Shown: piece by piece, positions 22,299 through 31,120 of the stretch
How positions within the stretch are numbered: position 1 is the stretch's first letter
Layout of the letters: every line of letters starts with the position of its first letter
Source of the DNA: a virus
Lineage: Duplodnaviria; Heunggongvirae; Uroviricota; Caudoviricetes
Direction: 5' to 3' (one strand)
Virus record (IMG/VR): IMGVR_UViG_3300045923_000005
Coordinates: 1-51,763 of that record
DNA length: 51,763 bases
Made by a program: the position numbers and the translations under genes
Notes under the pieces: model-generated
The model's input: only the letters and a program-made list of their open reading frames with translations
Told to the model about the DNA's origin: nothing
Database searches by the model: none

Positions 22299-23335
22299 TA
22301 GACTTTACTCCAAGACGAAAGCTTCAGTTGAGCGGTTAGGCCGCTGAACGTGTTAGATTCAATCACCTTCATCAATTCTTTCTGTGTCGTGCCAGCCAGG
22401 ACTGCTTCATTGATGTCCTTGCCTGGGAAACTATTTGGAAGAATACAGACGTCCCAATTGTCTTCCACAATCGAATTTCTTATGGTTTGAACGATCTGAC
22501 GGTTGCGCGGTTCGTTATCAAAGATCAGAACAGGATTGATCCCGAGGGTATCGAACAACCAACCAGCGGCCTTGTTAAGAGCAGAGTCACCTGCTGCGAC
22601 TGCGTTGGACACAAACATGCTGTCGAACTGCCCTTCGGTGACGTAGACGCGGTCCTTGAGGTTGAGGCGATGTAGGCCATACAGCTTACGTCCCTCTCCC
22701 ACCTTGACCACTATATAACGCAACTTCTGATCGGCGAGTGTAAGACTTCGACCACTGACGTTGGTGACCTCTCCCTTAAGATTAGTGAAGCATAAGACCA
22801 ACCGAGGATCGTCTTCCAAAAGAGTATCCTTGCCATGATCAGGGAATTGGTCATCCAGGAATTTCTTGTAGTCGGCCGCAAAGAATATCTCATCCCAGTA
22901 TTCAGTCGGGATTAATCGCTTGGTGACGTATTGACGCGCGTAATGACTATCAGGCAGGCTGCTGATTTTGGGTAGGTCCAACTCGCTAACATGAATACCG
23001 GTACGCTTGGATTCAGGCTCAGGGACTTTCACTGTTGGTTCGACATGCTTCTTCATGTCTTTGAACTTTTCCATGAAATATTCTTTGTGTTTATCAGTAT
23101 CCAAGTGCTTCAGAAACGAATCGAAGTTCGTACTGACGTTACAGTTATGGCACGTGAAGATATAGCCATTGAACTTCTTGCTCTTGGATATGTAGCCACG
23201 AGCCTTTAGCCGGTTCTTCTCCGAGTCACCACAAAAAGGGCAACTGAAGTTGAAGAGATCCTCATTTTTTTGCTTAAAATTACGAAGACGCGCTGATGTC
23301 AGCAATAAATACTTTCTATCCAAATACAAACTCAT
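22298..23335 (-). CDS. gp61: DNA primase (T4 gp61-like)
   Basis: CPFCGDS...CHNC zinc finger; TOPRIM VTEGQFDSMF, FDNEPRN. Confidence 0.93.
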   Translation of the reverse strand: MSLYLDRKYLLLTSARLRNFKQKNEDLFNFSCPFCGDSEKNRLKARGYISKSKKFNGYIFTCHNCNVSTNFDSFLKHLDTDKHKEYFMEKFKDMKKHVEPTVKVPEPESKRTGIHVSELDLPKISSLPDSHYARQYVTKRLIPTEYWDEIFFAADYKKFLDDQFPDHGKDTLLEDDPRLVLCFTNLKGEVTNVSGRSLTLADQKLRYIVVKVGEGRKLYGLHRLNLKDRVYVTEGQFDSMFVSNAVAAGDSALNKAAGWLFDTLGINPVLIFDNEPRNRQIVQTIRNSIVEDNWDVCILPNSFPGKDINEAVLAGTTQKELMKVIESNTFSGLTAQLKLSSWSKV

Positions 23336-23811
23336 AGTATACCTAATCTTCGTTGATTACCCATCATTCTTTCACTTTGGGCTTTCCTCAATTCAATTCG
23401 CTTCATAGGGTTTAATGAACCCTTCTTCGTCTTTGCTATATTTTCTCGGTGACTGTCGCTCTTCTTAACACCTGTTATAGTCTTTGAATGTTTGAGATTC
23501 GTTTCTGCGCTTCTCTTGTATCCTCTCATTCCACCCTTACCACCGTCGTTCAAATTCAATAACGGACCGGTGTTCAAATCTTTGCGACCTATTTCTATTA
23601 TGAGTAGATTCTCAAACTCATACGCTTCAAGTTCAATATCAAAGGCTATCAGGCCAACTTGTGGCTCTGTTCCTTCCCTTATGAGTTTCTGTAGTTTCTG
23701 CACGAAAGGATGTTTGTCTTTGCGACGTCTGTGATACGCCACTCGATCCGCAGAACCTTTGCCCACGTAGAACGGGGAATTGTTATGGGAATAGATATAG
23801 ACGTAGAACAT
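23332..23811 (-). CDS. GIY-YIG homing endonuclease with NUMOD3-like tail
   Basis: FYVYIY...FYVGKG...LNLNDGG; start MFYVY set by leaderless promoter. Confidence 0.85.
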   Translation of the reverse strand: MFYVYIYSHNNSPFYVGKGSADRVAYHRRRKDKHPFVQKLQKLIREGTEPQVGLIAFDIELEAYEFENLLIIEIGRKDLNTGPLLNLNDGGKGGMRGYKRSAETNLKHSKTITGVKKSDSHRENIAKTKKGSLNPMKRIELRKAQSERMMGNQRRLGIL

Positions 23812-23818
23812 TACCTCT

Positions 23819-23847
23819 ATTATACGCGGGTTTTGTATAAGAGTAAG
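23819..23847 (-). promoter_or_regulatory. promoter CTTACT-17-TATAAT (leaderless)
   Basis: -10 is 7 nt from ATG at 23811. Confidence 0.7.
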
Positions 23848-24000
23848 GTATGAGTGGGTGAGTATGAGTGCGCCGGTCATGAACGGAACGGAACTTACAG
23901 ACGCATTTTATACAAACTGAAGAGGCTAAATGGAGTGTTCAGACCCTGGTATCACGTGCCACCAAAGTCCCACCATACACATGTATATAGTCTTTTGACC

Positions 24001-24477
24001 TTAAGAGTTAAACAGAGTAGCGAATATACCCCATTTGTGGGTAATGATGCCTGCGGCAAAGGCGAAAGCGAATGCGATGATCTTCCAATAGTTCACAAGC
24101 CAATCAACAATAGCCCCAAAGCCCACCTTGTGTGGTTTGGATTCAGTTGGGTTCATCAGATTGGTCTTCAAGTCTTCCACTGCCTTGACTACGTCGTCGA
24201 TTTTCTCGACGGCCTGTCTCATAGCTTCTTTGGTTTCGTTGCGACGTTCTTCGATCAATAGCTCGACGCGGTCGTTGGTCTCGGCTTGTGTGGCAAACTT
24301 CTCCTCATGGATTGAAACCATGCGGTGCATAGATTGCGCAAGCTCGTGGATACCGTCAACGGTCCTATCAAGCTTATCCAAGATCTTGGTCTGAATTTCA
24401 TTGTCCCTTTTTAGAACACTGACATCCAGATCAATACCATGAATCTTTTCGTTGAGTGCGTCGTTATCCAGTGGCAT
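24001..24477 (-). CDS. coiled-coil protein with C-terminal TM helix (lysis-region accessory)
   Basis: Heptad-rich N-terminal part, hydrophobic C-terminus. Confidence 0.6.
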   Translation of the reverse strand: MPLDNDALNEKIHGIDLDVSVLKRDNEIQTKILDKLDRTVDGIHELAQSMHRMVSIHEEKFATQAETNDRVELLIEERRNETKEAMRQAVEKIDDVVKAVEDLKTNLMNPTESKPHKVGFGAIVDWLVNYWKIIAFAFAFAAGIITHKWGIFATLFNS

Positions 24478-24646
24478 TCTTTGTCTCAGTTACCGGCTTC
24501 TTAACCGGGATGGTCGTCAAGTCTTGAGTAGGAACTAAGAGTTGGGCTGGCGCATCTGGCATAACCATAACTGGGACGATCTGCGTGGTAGCGCAGCCGC
24601 CTAGCATAACAAGCAGACTGACTGCTATGACTTTTATCGCGTTCAT
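24464..24646 (-). CDS. o-spanin (Rz1-like lipoprotein)
   Basis: Lipobox LGGC, Pro-rich, 60 aa, downstream of i-spanin. Confidence 0.75.
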   Translation of the reverse strand: MNAIKVIAVSLLVMLGGCATTQIVPVMVMPDAPAQLLVPTQDLTTIPVKKPVTETKNATG

Positions 24647-25083
24647 TTCTTTCTCGCATTCTGGTTACCAATCTTAGACAAACTCATTTTGGTTCTCGCT
24701 GCTAATGATTTGCAAGGCATATTATCACCCATAGCAAGTCTGGCTAAACTTACTCTCTTCCTTGCCTCTGGTCTTTTTGTTGGATGGGTATCTCCTCTAT
24801 GAACAGGAGGATAACCGCCACCAGGAACTATATTATATGTATCTTCACTACTGATAAACTCTTCATCAACTATTACTGCTTCAGCGATCGATGCTTCTTG
24901 TAAACAATTGTAAACAAGAACCGTCTCTCGCTTAAAGTTATCACGACCATATTTCTTTATAGCAAGCACCAATGCTTTTCCACTTCCAAAATATCCATCA
25001 AACTCGAACGGTTGTTCTTGTTCATGAATGCCAACGTAAAAACGACCGTTGGTTAAATTGGTTGTCTTGTAAAGAATAAACAT
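24643..25083 (-). CDS. GIY-YIG (Seg-like) homing endonuclease
   Basis: FILYKTTNLTNGRFYVGIH...YFGSG...YNIVPGG. Confidence 0.85.
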   Translation of the reverse strand: MFILYKTTNLTNGRFYVGIHEQEQPFEFDGYFGSGKALVLAIKKYGRDNFKRETVLVYNCLQEASIAEAVIVDEEFISSEDTYNIVPGGGYPPVHRGDTHPTKRPEARKRVSLARLAMGDNMPCKSLAARTKMSLSKIGNQNARKK

Positions 25084-25652
25084 TATCTTTTATCCTTCTT
25101 GTTCTGAGCAGCGATAGCAGCCTTCTGGGTTGTGTACCAAGCCTGCCAACCGTCCACTTCAGCTTTCCATTGTAAACAAATACCGTTGTTGGTATTTACC
25201 ACGTCAAGTGCCTGATCTGCATTTACTCCTGATGGAGTCTTGTCAGACGCAGCTGTCGGATCAATAGGTTGAGCCTTGGCTGAGAAGTTAAAAGCTGACA
25301 CCCAACCTGTGCTCAGGATGGTGTTAATATCAGGGACTTTGGTATCAATGATTGTTTGGTTGTCGTGTACCACCTTCGTGATAACTTGGACACGATCAAC
25401 GTATTGAATCTGGATCTTAGTATTGTTCTTAGTCACAATGGTGGCTAAGTCTGTCTCGTCTTTCTTCAGGTTGGCTACGTACTGAGCGATGCGGGCATCA
25501 GCTGCCTTGGTGACTGAATGGTCCCAATAGATACGCAGGCCGACGACCGCTGCCAATACGGCTGCTGCACCACCTGCCCATAGATAGATAGATGGGAGGC
25601 CACCAATAGCGGCCTTCAGACCATCTCCAAACAAGGTTGAAATTATACTCAT
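25083..25652 (-). CDS. i-spanin (Rz-like)
   Basis: N-terminal TM helix, helical periplasmic domain with one Cys, position after holin. Confidence 0.7.
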   Translation of the reverse strand: MSIISTLFGDGLKAAIGGLPSIYLWAGGAAAVLAAVVGLRIYWDHSVTKAADARIAQYVANLKKDETDLATIVTKNNTKIQIQYVDRVQVITKVVHDNQTIIDTKVPDINTILSTGWVSAFNFSAKAQPIDPTAASDKTPSGVNADQALDVVNTNNGICLQWKAEVDGWQAWYTTQKAAIAAQNKKDKR

Positions 25653-25894
25653 GACTGTGGTGGCTCCATTTTAGCTCTTGCTCCTACACCGATGCCACCA
25701 CCAGCTAGAACGGCAGCAAGACCCGCTCCAAAGTTCATAAAATCAAGTGGCTGATGATTCTTTACTACTGCCCAGATTGCTAGAGCAAGGAACACTATTG
25801 ATCCTGCGATCCAAAGCAAACGCGCGATATCAAAAGATTCACCATCTGCCTCGGTTACGATGTCCTTACATAATTTTTTGATGAACGGTGGCAT
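25649..25894 (-). CDS. holin-like 2-TM protein
   Basis: Two hydrophobic helices, directly after the endolysin. Confidence 0.65.
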   Translation of the reverse strand: MPPFIKKLCKDIVTEADGESFDIARLLWIAGSIVFLALAIWAVVKNHQPLDFMNFGAGLAAVLAGGGIGVGARAKMEPPQS

Positions 25895-25897
25895 AAA

Positions 25898-26377
25898 TTA
25901 CTGACCCAATACGAATTTCTTATATTTAGCCATAAAAGTGTCGTGCGTTGCTGCTCCTTGCGGAGTGTTGTAATGAGCCTTGTAATACGCCCAGATTGCT
26001 TCGATGTCAGCTGAATCTGGAAGAGCGCCTGGAGCGCGAGAGTAATGAACACGAGCCATAGCGATAGCGTAAGGATCGTTGTTGACTAGGTCCTCAACTG
26101 TACCGGACTGGCCATTGTTAAGAGCTTCACAAGCTGACGCAAGAGTGCTGTGATACTTCAGATAGTTAGCCCAGATGTCGACGAAGTCTTCACCCTCCAT
26201 CTGGAAGATGCCGCGAGCGGGACCATGAGGAGCCTGGGTGCGGTATTCACCGAAGTTGGATTCATTAGCACAGGTGGCCATTAGAAGCTCTTCTGCGTTC
26301 AAACTATAGACTCCCATAGGAGTCAATGTATTTTGGATCAGCGTCCTAAGTGCGGCCGCATTCAACGGAGTCAACAT
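25898..26377 (-). CDS. lysozyme-fold endolysin
   Basis: LLMATCANES...ARGIFQME...YYKAHYNT; lysis cassette context. Confidence 0.7.
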   Translation of the reverse strand: MLTPLNAAALRTLIQNTLTPMGVYSLNAEELLMATCANESNFGEYRTQAPHGPARGIFQMEGEDFVDIWANYLKYHSTLASACEALNNGQSGTVEDLVNNDPYAIAMARVHYSRAPGALPDSADIEAIWAYYKAHYNTPQGAATHDTFMAKYKKFVLGQ

Positions 26378-26379
26378 AA

Positions 26380-27465
26380 TTACTCACCCTTTGGCGCTTT
26401 CCTCTTAGCCATCGCCATTTGTTTAATTTTCTTCAACTTCTGTGCGGCATAGTCTACCGTTGCGTCTGGTGGAGCCACACCGGCTACTGAGCCATTGGCT
26501 ACAGACATTGCTGGAGCGTCTTCATTCACGCTTTGTGCTTCCCTTAGAGCATACTTCTTCAATAGAGACTTGTGAACCCAGACTTGACCGCCAGTTGCTA
26601 GCTTGACTTGATGATAGTCGCCATCACACTTGACAACCTTACCCTTGACACCACTCTTAGGAGTGTTGCCACCGAACTTGACGTGATCACCGGCTTCGAC
26701 CTGTTCTACTAGAACGTCATCACCAATCTCTAGTTCTTCTTTGACAGAGGTAGCCTTGGCGTTGTGAGCATAATAGTCATTCATTCCACCAGCCGTATGC
26801 TTTGGTTTGTAGTAAGCCTTGATCAGTTTCATACGGGAGGTCTGACCCAGCAACTGGTTGGCTGTGTGCTCTGACTCTTTGCCCTCGGTTATTCCTGATC
26901 CTTTCAAGCGATCTACCACACCATGAAGTCCGGCGTTCTCAAGTGCCTTGAGACTACCATGCTGCTTATGAAGATCGTGGTCTGCCTGAGTGGCCGGAGA
27001 TGGTCCTATGGGTTTAGACATATCAACCTTCTTGTGAAGTGAGCCGCCCTGTTGTGCTCTCTGTATATCTTCCCAGTCGTGACCGACAATCTTGCCTTCA
27101 TACACTTGACCGGCACCGGCCTGGTGATGATAGACGCCAACATTATACATCTTACCATCGCCACCTTTCTTCTTGGCGGTTGAAACGTGCTTCTCTGAGG
27201 TAGAATCTATGTGGCTGAGATCATGAGGAAGTTCTTTCTTCCAATCATCGTATGAACCATAGACAGTTCGCTCTTCACCAAAAGTCGTTGGACCGGTGTG
27301 GTGGGCCGTGACGATAGATGGCTTGCGAGAGGACGTAGGACGCTTCGGAGTCGTGGCGGCACCAACACCCTGAACACCGCCCATGGTGGGACCACCGGGC
27401 TGCTTCGCGGACGTGTTGCGTGCTTTGGTGACGCTGTTCTTGATGATGCTGACGTTATTTGCCAT
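26380..27465 (-). CDS. probable capsid-internal modular protein with KOW/SH3-like module
   Basis: His/Lys-rich modules separated by [ILV]xE sites; GDHVKF...GVKGKVVK. Confidence 0.55.
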   Translation of the reverse strand: MANNVSIIKNSVTKARNTSAKQPGGPTMGGVQGVGAATTPKRPTSSRKPSIVTAHHTGPTTFGEERTVYGSYDDWKKELPHDLSHIDSTSEKHVSTAKKKGGDGKMYNVGVYHHQAGAGQVYEGKIVGHDWEDIQRAQQGGSLHKKVDMSKPIGPSPATQADHDLHKQHGSLKALENAGLHGVVDRLKGSGITEGKESEHTANQLLGQTSRMKLIKAYYKPKHTAGGMNDYYAHNAKATSVKEELEIGDDVLVEQVEAGDHVKFGGNTPKSGVKGKVVKCDGDYHQVKLATGGQVWVHKSLLKKYALREAQSVNEDAPAMSVANGSVAGVAPPDATVDYAAQKLKKIKQMAMAKRKAPKGE

Positions 27466-27886
27466 TATTGATCTGCCTTAGTGCCTCAATCGCCTTCTTG
27501 TCGAGAGGGATGACATCTGTTGGGATGTCCTTCCCTCGTATATTCTCTATGACAGGTGGCAGGCTTTCAATAAACACTAGAAAGGGTTTAATGACAGTCC
27601 AATCCGTCTTATCTAACTTTAGGAACAGCAACCGGTTGCCCGGTACGATCCCAAACACATTTAAGAAGATGACCAGATGATTCAGAAGCAATCGCTCCTT
27701 CAGGTGGCCGCTGGAATAATACTTCGACAACAATCTCTTGATGTACGAGATACGATTCAAGTCTTCTTCAAATTCAGACTGTACAGCACTTGGCTTTTCA
27801 TAAGCTTTGGCGGCATACAGAATATAGTTTTCGTCAGTCAATTCAACAATCATGTATTCAACCTTATCCTTGCGGAGGAGCCTCAT
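27455..27886 (-). CDS. conserved T4-like hypothetical protein
   Basis: ELTDENYILYAAKAY...EFEEDLNRISYIKRL pattern typical of T4-like phages (recall). Confidence 0.7.
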   Translation of the reverse strand: MRLLRKDKVEYMIVELTDENYILYAAKAYEKPSAVQSEFEEDLNRISYIKRLLSKYYSSGHLKERLLLNHLVIFLNVFGIVPGNRLLFLKLDKTDWTVIKPFLVFIESLPPVIENIRGKDIPTDVIPLDKKAIEALRQINNGK

Positions 27887-28433
27887 CTACGTCGCGAGCA
27901 CCACCATTCAGATGACGTTGCTGTTTGAGCCAATCGGTCTCGCCAGCAATATCACCCACCAATTCTGGGAACTCATCATCCAATGGATCTGAGCTCATCA
28001 ATTCTTCTAGCTCGTCGCCGTTGACTAACTGTGCATAGCAGGCATACACTCCATCTTCCTCACGCTCGGCTAGCATATACAGATAGATGTCGCTAGGACC
28101 ATCAGTATCGTGTATATCCTTGACGTTGAAGATAAATTCACCGTCTACTGGAGGAGCATACATGTCAACGTTAGAACCGTCCGTAATACCGGCCTGGACA
28201 AACTTACCATCCTCAACAGAGGCACCCGTTTTATCGTAACCATGGGCACCCTCAACATCTAGCATTGGTAGAGTGATACCATGAAGATCTAATGCGCCGC
28301 GAACGGCCGCAACGAATACGTTGACAGTAATGAATCGTTTCTCTGTCAAATCGTCCAACAATTGATTCAAGCGAAAGACGTCAGTCGTTTCGTCATGAAA
28401 TATTGCTTCATCGTTGTGCAGAAAATCTGTCAT
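27864..28433 (-). CDS. acidic hypothetical protein
   Basis: ORF; start MTDFLH overlaps the upstream TGA. Confidence 0.65.
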   Translation of the reverse strand: MTDFLHNDEAIFHDETTDVFRLNQLLDDLTEKRFITVNVFVAAVRGALDLHGITLPMLDVEGAHGYDKTGASVEDGKFVQAGITDGSNVDMYAPPVDGEFIFNVKDIHDTDGPSDIYLYMLAEREEDGVYACYAQLVNGDELEELMSSDPLDDEFPELVGDIAGETDWLKQQRHLNGGARDVDEAPPQG

Positions 28434-28948
28434 TTCGTAAACCCTAATCTCTTTAACTGTATGATGGTAGAAACCGCACTCGTATGCAGGATTCCTGTTC
28501 CACCTGCGTGATCCCATTCCATGATGTTCCTATGATCATCATCGATAAGAATGTTCGGCACACCATTATTTATTGCCCAATGTTTCTTATCTTCCCTCTT
28601 GCATAAATGGAACCTGCTATCAGGAACCATCGTATATTTCTTATTCCAATCCATCTTACCCTTGCGGGCGACGCTCTCAGCTATCCTACTCCACTGAGGG
28701 TAAGCTGTAATGACTCCTGGCTGCCAGAACTTAATGTATCCCCAGTATGAGTGAAAGTCTGACATCGGTTCTAGGTTAGCCCAGAAACCAACTGAGTCAC
28801 AACACTCGGCGTAGAGTTTGTTCCTAGGACCCATCGCCATAGCGTCCCATGATGCTCTATCTCTAGACTGAGGAATCTTTGCCTCTACTGCCTTCCTGAA
28901 GTTCGCGCAAACACCGTCATAATCTGAATATATCATCCCGTACTTCAT
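28430..28948 (-). CDS. 5'(3')-deoxyribonucleotidase (HAD family)
   Basis: YSDYDGV motif I, ILIDD motif. Confidence 0.8.
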   Translation of the reverse strand: MKYGMIYSDYDGVCANFRKAVEAKIPQSRDRASWDAMAMGPRNKLYAECCDSVGFWANLEPMSDFHSYWGYIKFWQPGVITAYPQWSRIAESVARKGKMDWNKKYTMVPDSRFHLCKREDKKHWAINNGVPNILIDDDHRNIMEWDHAGGTGILHTSAVSTIIQLKRLGFTK

Positions 28949-28950
28949 AA

Positions 28951-30936
28951 TTAAGTTCTCTTCAATGGACTCCCTGGAGTCGTCTTATTCACATTCTTGT
29001 CTGGACGAGCTAACACTGGCATTACTTCAATAGCGTGTGCTGGCTTACCGGTAGCCGTTCGACCGCGCTTGGTGCCCAGATATTTACGCTTGACGCGGTT
29101 TTGATCTGGACCATCAACGCCTTCGCCGACCTTCAATTCTTCACCAACCATCTGGTGTAAGAAACCCTTCTTTGGAGTGTCACGACGTTCGCGTTCTTTC
29201 TTACCTTGCTCAATACCCTTGTAATAGTTTTGAGCGGTTCTGCCGAATTTGGTCGTGACGGTCACCTTTGGAAGCTCATGGCCGCGCAGACCATGGATAG
29301 CTCCCAACTCTAATGCGCTTTCTTCTTTGACGACCTTCTTAGCATCTCGGACACCCTCATGGTATCGTTGAGAGTAATCGCCAAACCGTTCTTTGCTACC
29401 GGCACGATCAAGAGGGTTGTTTTCTTTGCCATGTTTCAAACCTTCACGGTAAGCATATGCCCAGCCGACGCGGTTGTCATCTTTCATACCTTCTAAGATA
29501 CCAGCATCATCTGCCATTCCCTTGGCAGCCGTAGGAGTTGGTCTCTTACCCTTCTTGTATGCTTCGAAAATTGGTTCTAGTTCTTTGACAGATACTATGA
29601 TCGCTTCGTTAGTCTTTCTTCGACTATCAAAGAAATGGTTGTAGTCTTTTTGAGAAGGTACTTTCAAGTGCTTGTTTGGTATTCTATGTAGATCAACGTT
29701 ATGTGTACTAGTGTGTACAAATACATCGCTATGACCCTTATCAGAAGGTCCAGCTTTGTACATACGCTTGCCTATCAGATGAGGATATTCATGTTGGTGA
29801 TCAGGATGGATTATGACTAATCCGCCCTTGGCTTCGTGAATTAATTCTTCGTTGGTCCAGGCTGCCATCTTCTTCCTCGCTTCCTCACCATGCTTACCTG
29901 CAAGCACTGCCTTGACGTGTGAGTGTGAATAGCTATCAACCGGCTTCTCGTCCTTGTGTGCCGTTGTAACGTAGTCCCAACCAGTCTTAGTGTGATGCGG
30001 TCTAGTCTTGTACTTAACTTCACCATGCTTGGCTGCAATGTCTTGCTTCCATTTCAGATATTCTGGAGATGCTTTAGAGGCTTCTAGTATCAGAGATGTA
30101 TCAAATGCAGTAAATTCATCATTGATGCTGTCTTCTGAGCGCGCGAACTTACCGGAAGCATATCCTTCGTGATAGTGATCAGCATGATGCTTAGGTGGAA
30201 GATACGTGCCACCATTGTAACCATGGCTGTGACCCAGCGCATAGGCATCATCCTGTGCGTCTGTCTCTTTTTCCTTGAATGCGCCTTCTTTAAGACCACT
30301 CAGCGGAGTCGTATCAGACTGCTGAGTGACTTTTGGCACTCGCTTATGAACTTGCTTAATTGCTTTGTTTTGATCAGTTGTACCAGTGCCTGAAGGCAGA
30401 GAGACAGCGTAATTACCATTGCCAGTTGAAGGAGCCGCATAACCTAATCCACCTGCATCCTCAGGGATATATTTTGTTCGCAAATATCCATTTGGCTTTA
30501 GTCCTGGAATATGGCTATTGTGCCAGAAGATGCCGCGCCAACGTTGACCAGGAACATGATTCAATTCACGTTGTGGGTCAAGACGTTCTTGTTTGTGAGC
30601 AACATGTACGTGCTCATCTGGATTGGCCGTCTTAATTTTGCTAACATGGTAGCCAGCTTTTGTGGCATGGGCCTTCCAAGTCTCAAAGTTCCTATGAGGA
30701 ACTTCGATGTGCTTATTGGTAGAACCTGCTTCGGTAATAGTCTCTTCGGCTTGAGGCATCAATAATATATTCCCATTGGCTTGCTTGCGACGGCGAGCCA
30801 AATCCTTTAGTTTCATCTTCATAGAGGTAGTCAACAATGCTTCAGGAGTTGCGCGAGTCTTAGGCATAAGACTAGGTATGACCTCGTTCTTGCCGTGGCC
30901 ATTGCGCTTCTGAAGTGTTGACTTAACTCTACCCAT
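28951..30936 (-). CDS. probable capsid-internal polyprotein (661 aa)
   Basis: About 10 [ILV]xE-[AGDE] sites bounding 20-75-aa His/Lys-rich modules. Confidence 0.6.
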   Translation of the reverse strand: MGRVKSTLQKRNGHGKNEVIPSLMPKTRATPEALLTTSMKMKLKDLARRRKQANGNILLMPQAEETITEAGSTNKHIEVPHRNFETWKAHATKAGYHVSKIKTANPDEHVHVAHKQERLDPQRELNHVPGQRWRGIFWHNSHIPGLKPNGYLRTKYIPEDAGGLGYAAPSTGNGNYAVSLPSGTGTTDQNKAIKQVHKRVPKVTQQSDTTPLSGLKEGAFKEKETDAQDDAYALGHSHGYNGGTYLPPKHHADHYHEGYASGKFARSEDSINDEFTAFDTSLILEASKASPEYLKWKQDIAAKHGEVKYKTRPHHTKTGWDYVTTAHKDEKPVDSYSHSHVKAVLAGKHGEEARKKMAAWTNEELIHEAKGGLVIIHPDHQHEYPHLIGKRMYKAGPSDKGHSDVFVHTSTHNVDLHRIPNKHLKVPSQKDYNHFFDSRRKTNEAIIVSVKELEPIFEAYKKGKRPTPTAAKGMADDAGILEGMKDDNRVGWAYAYREGLKHGKENNPLDRAGSKERFGDYSQRYHEGVRDAKKVVKEESALELGAIHGLRGHELPKVTVTTKFGRTAQNYYKGIEQGKKERERRDTPKKGFLHQMVGEELKVGEGVDGPDQNRVKRKYLGTKRGRTATGKPAHAIEVMPVLARPDKNVNKTTPGSPLKRT

Positions 30937-30941
30937 GGAGA

Positions 30942-31118
30942 TTACTTCTTGTTGAAATCTGGATGATTTCTGATCTGCTCTTCATTGGCGCGCAAGTTGC
31001 GTACCAACGGACTTGCATTCGTCAATCCATCTGGATCAATACGACGACTGCGGCGAACGTCTGTCTCCAAACGATCGTGAAGCGCCATTAGTTCGGATAG
31101 TTTCTGTTGCTCTGACAT
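30942..31118 (-). CDS. hypothetical protein (58 aa)
   Basis: Manual translation MSEQQKLSELMALHDRL...; fills the gap between two genes. Confidence 0.55.
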   Translation of the reverse strand: MSEQQKLSELMALHDRLETDVRRSRRIDPDGLTNASPLVRNLRANEEQIRNHPDFNKK

Positions 31119-31120
31119 GA

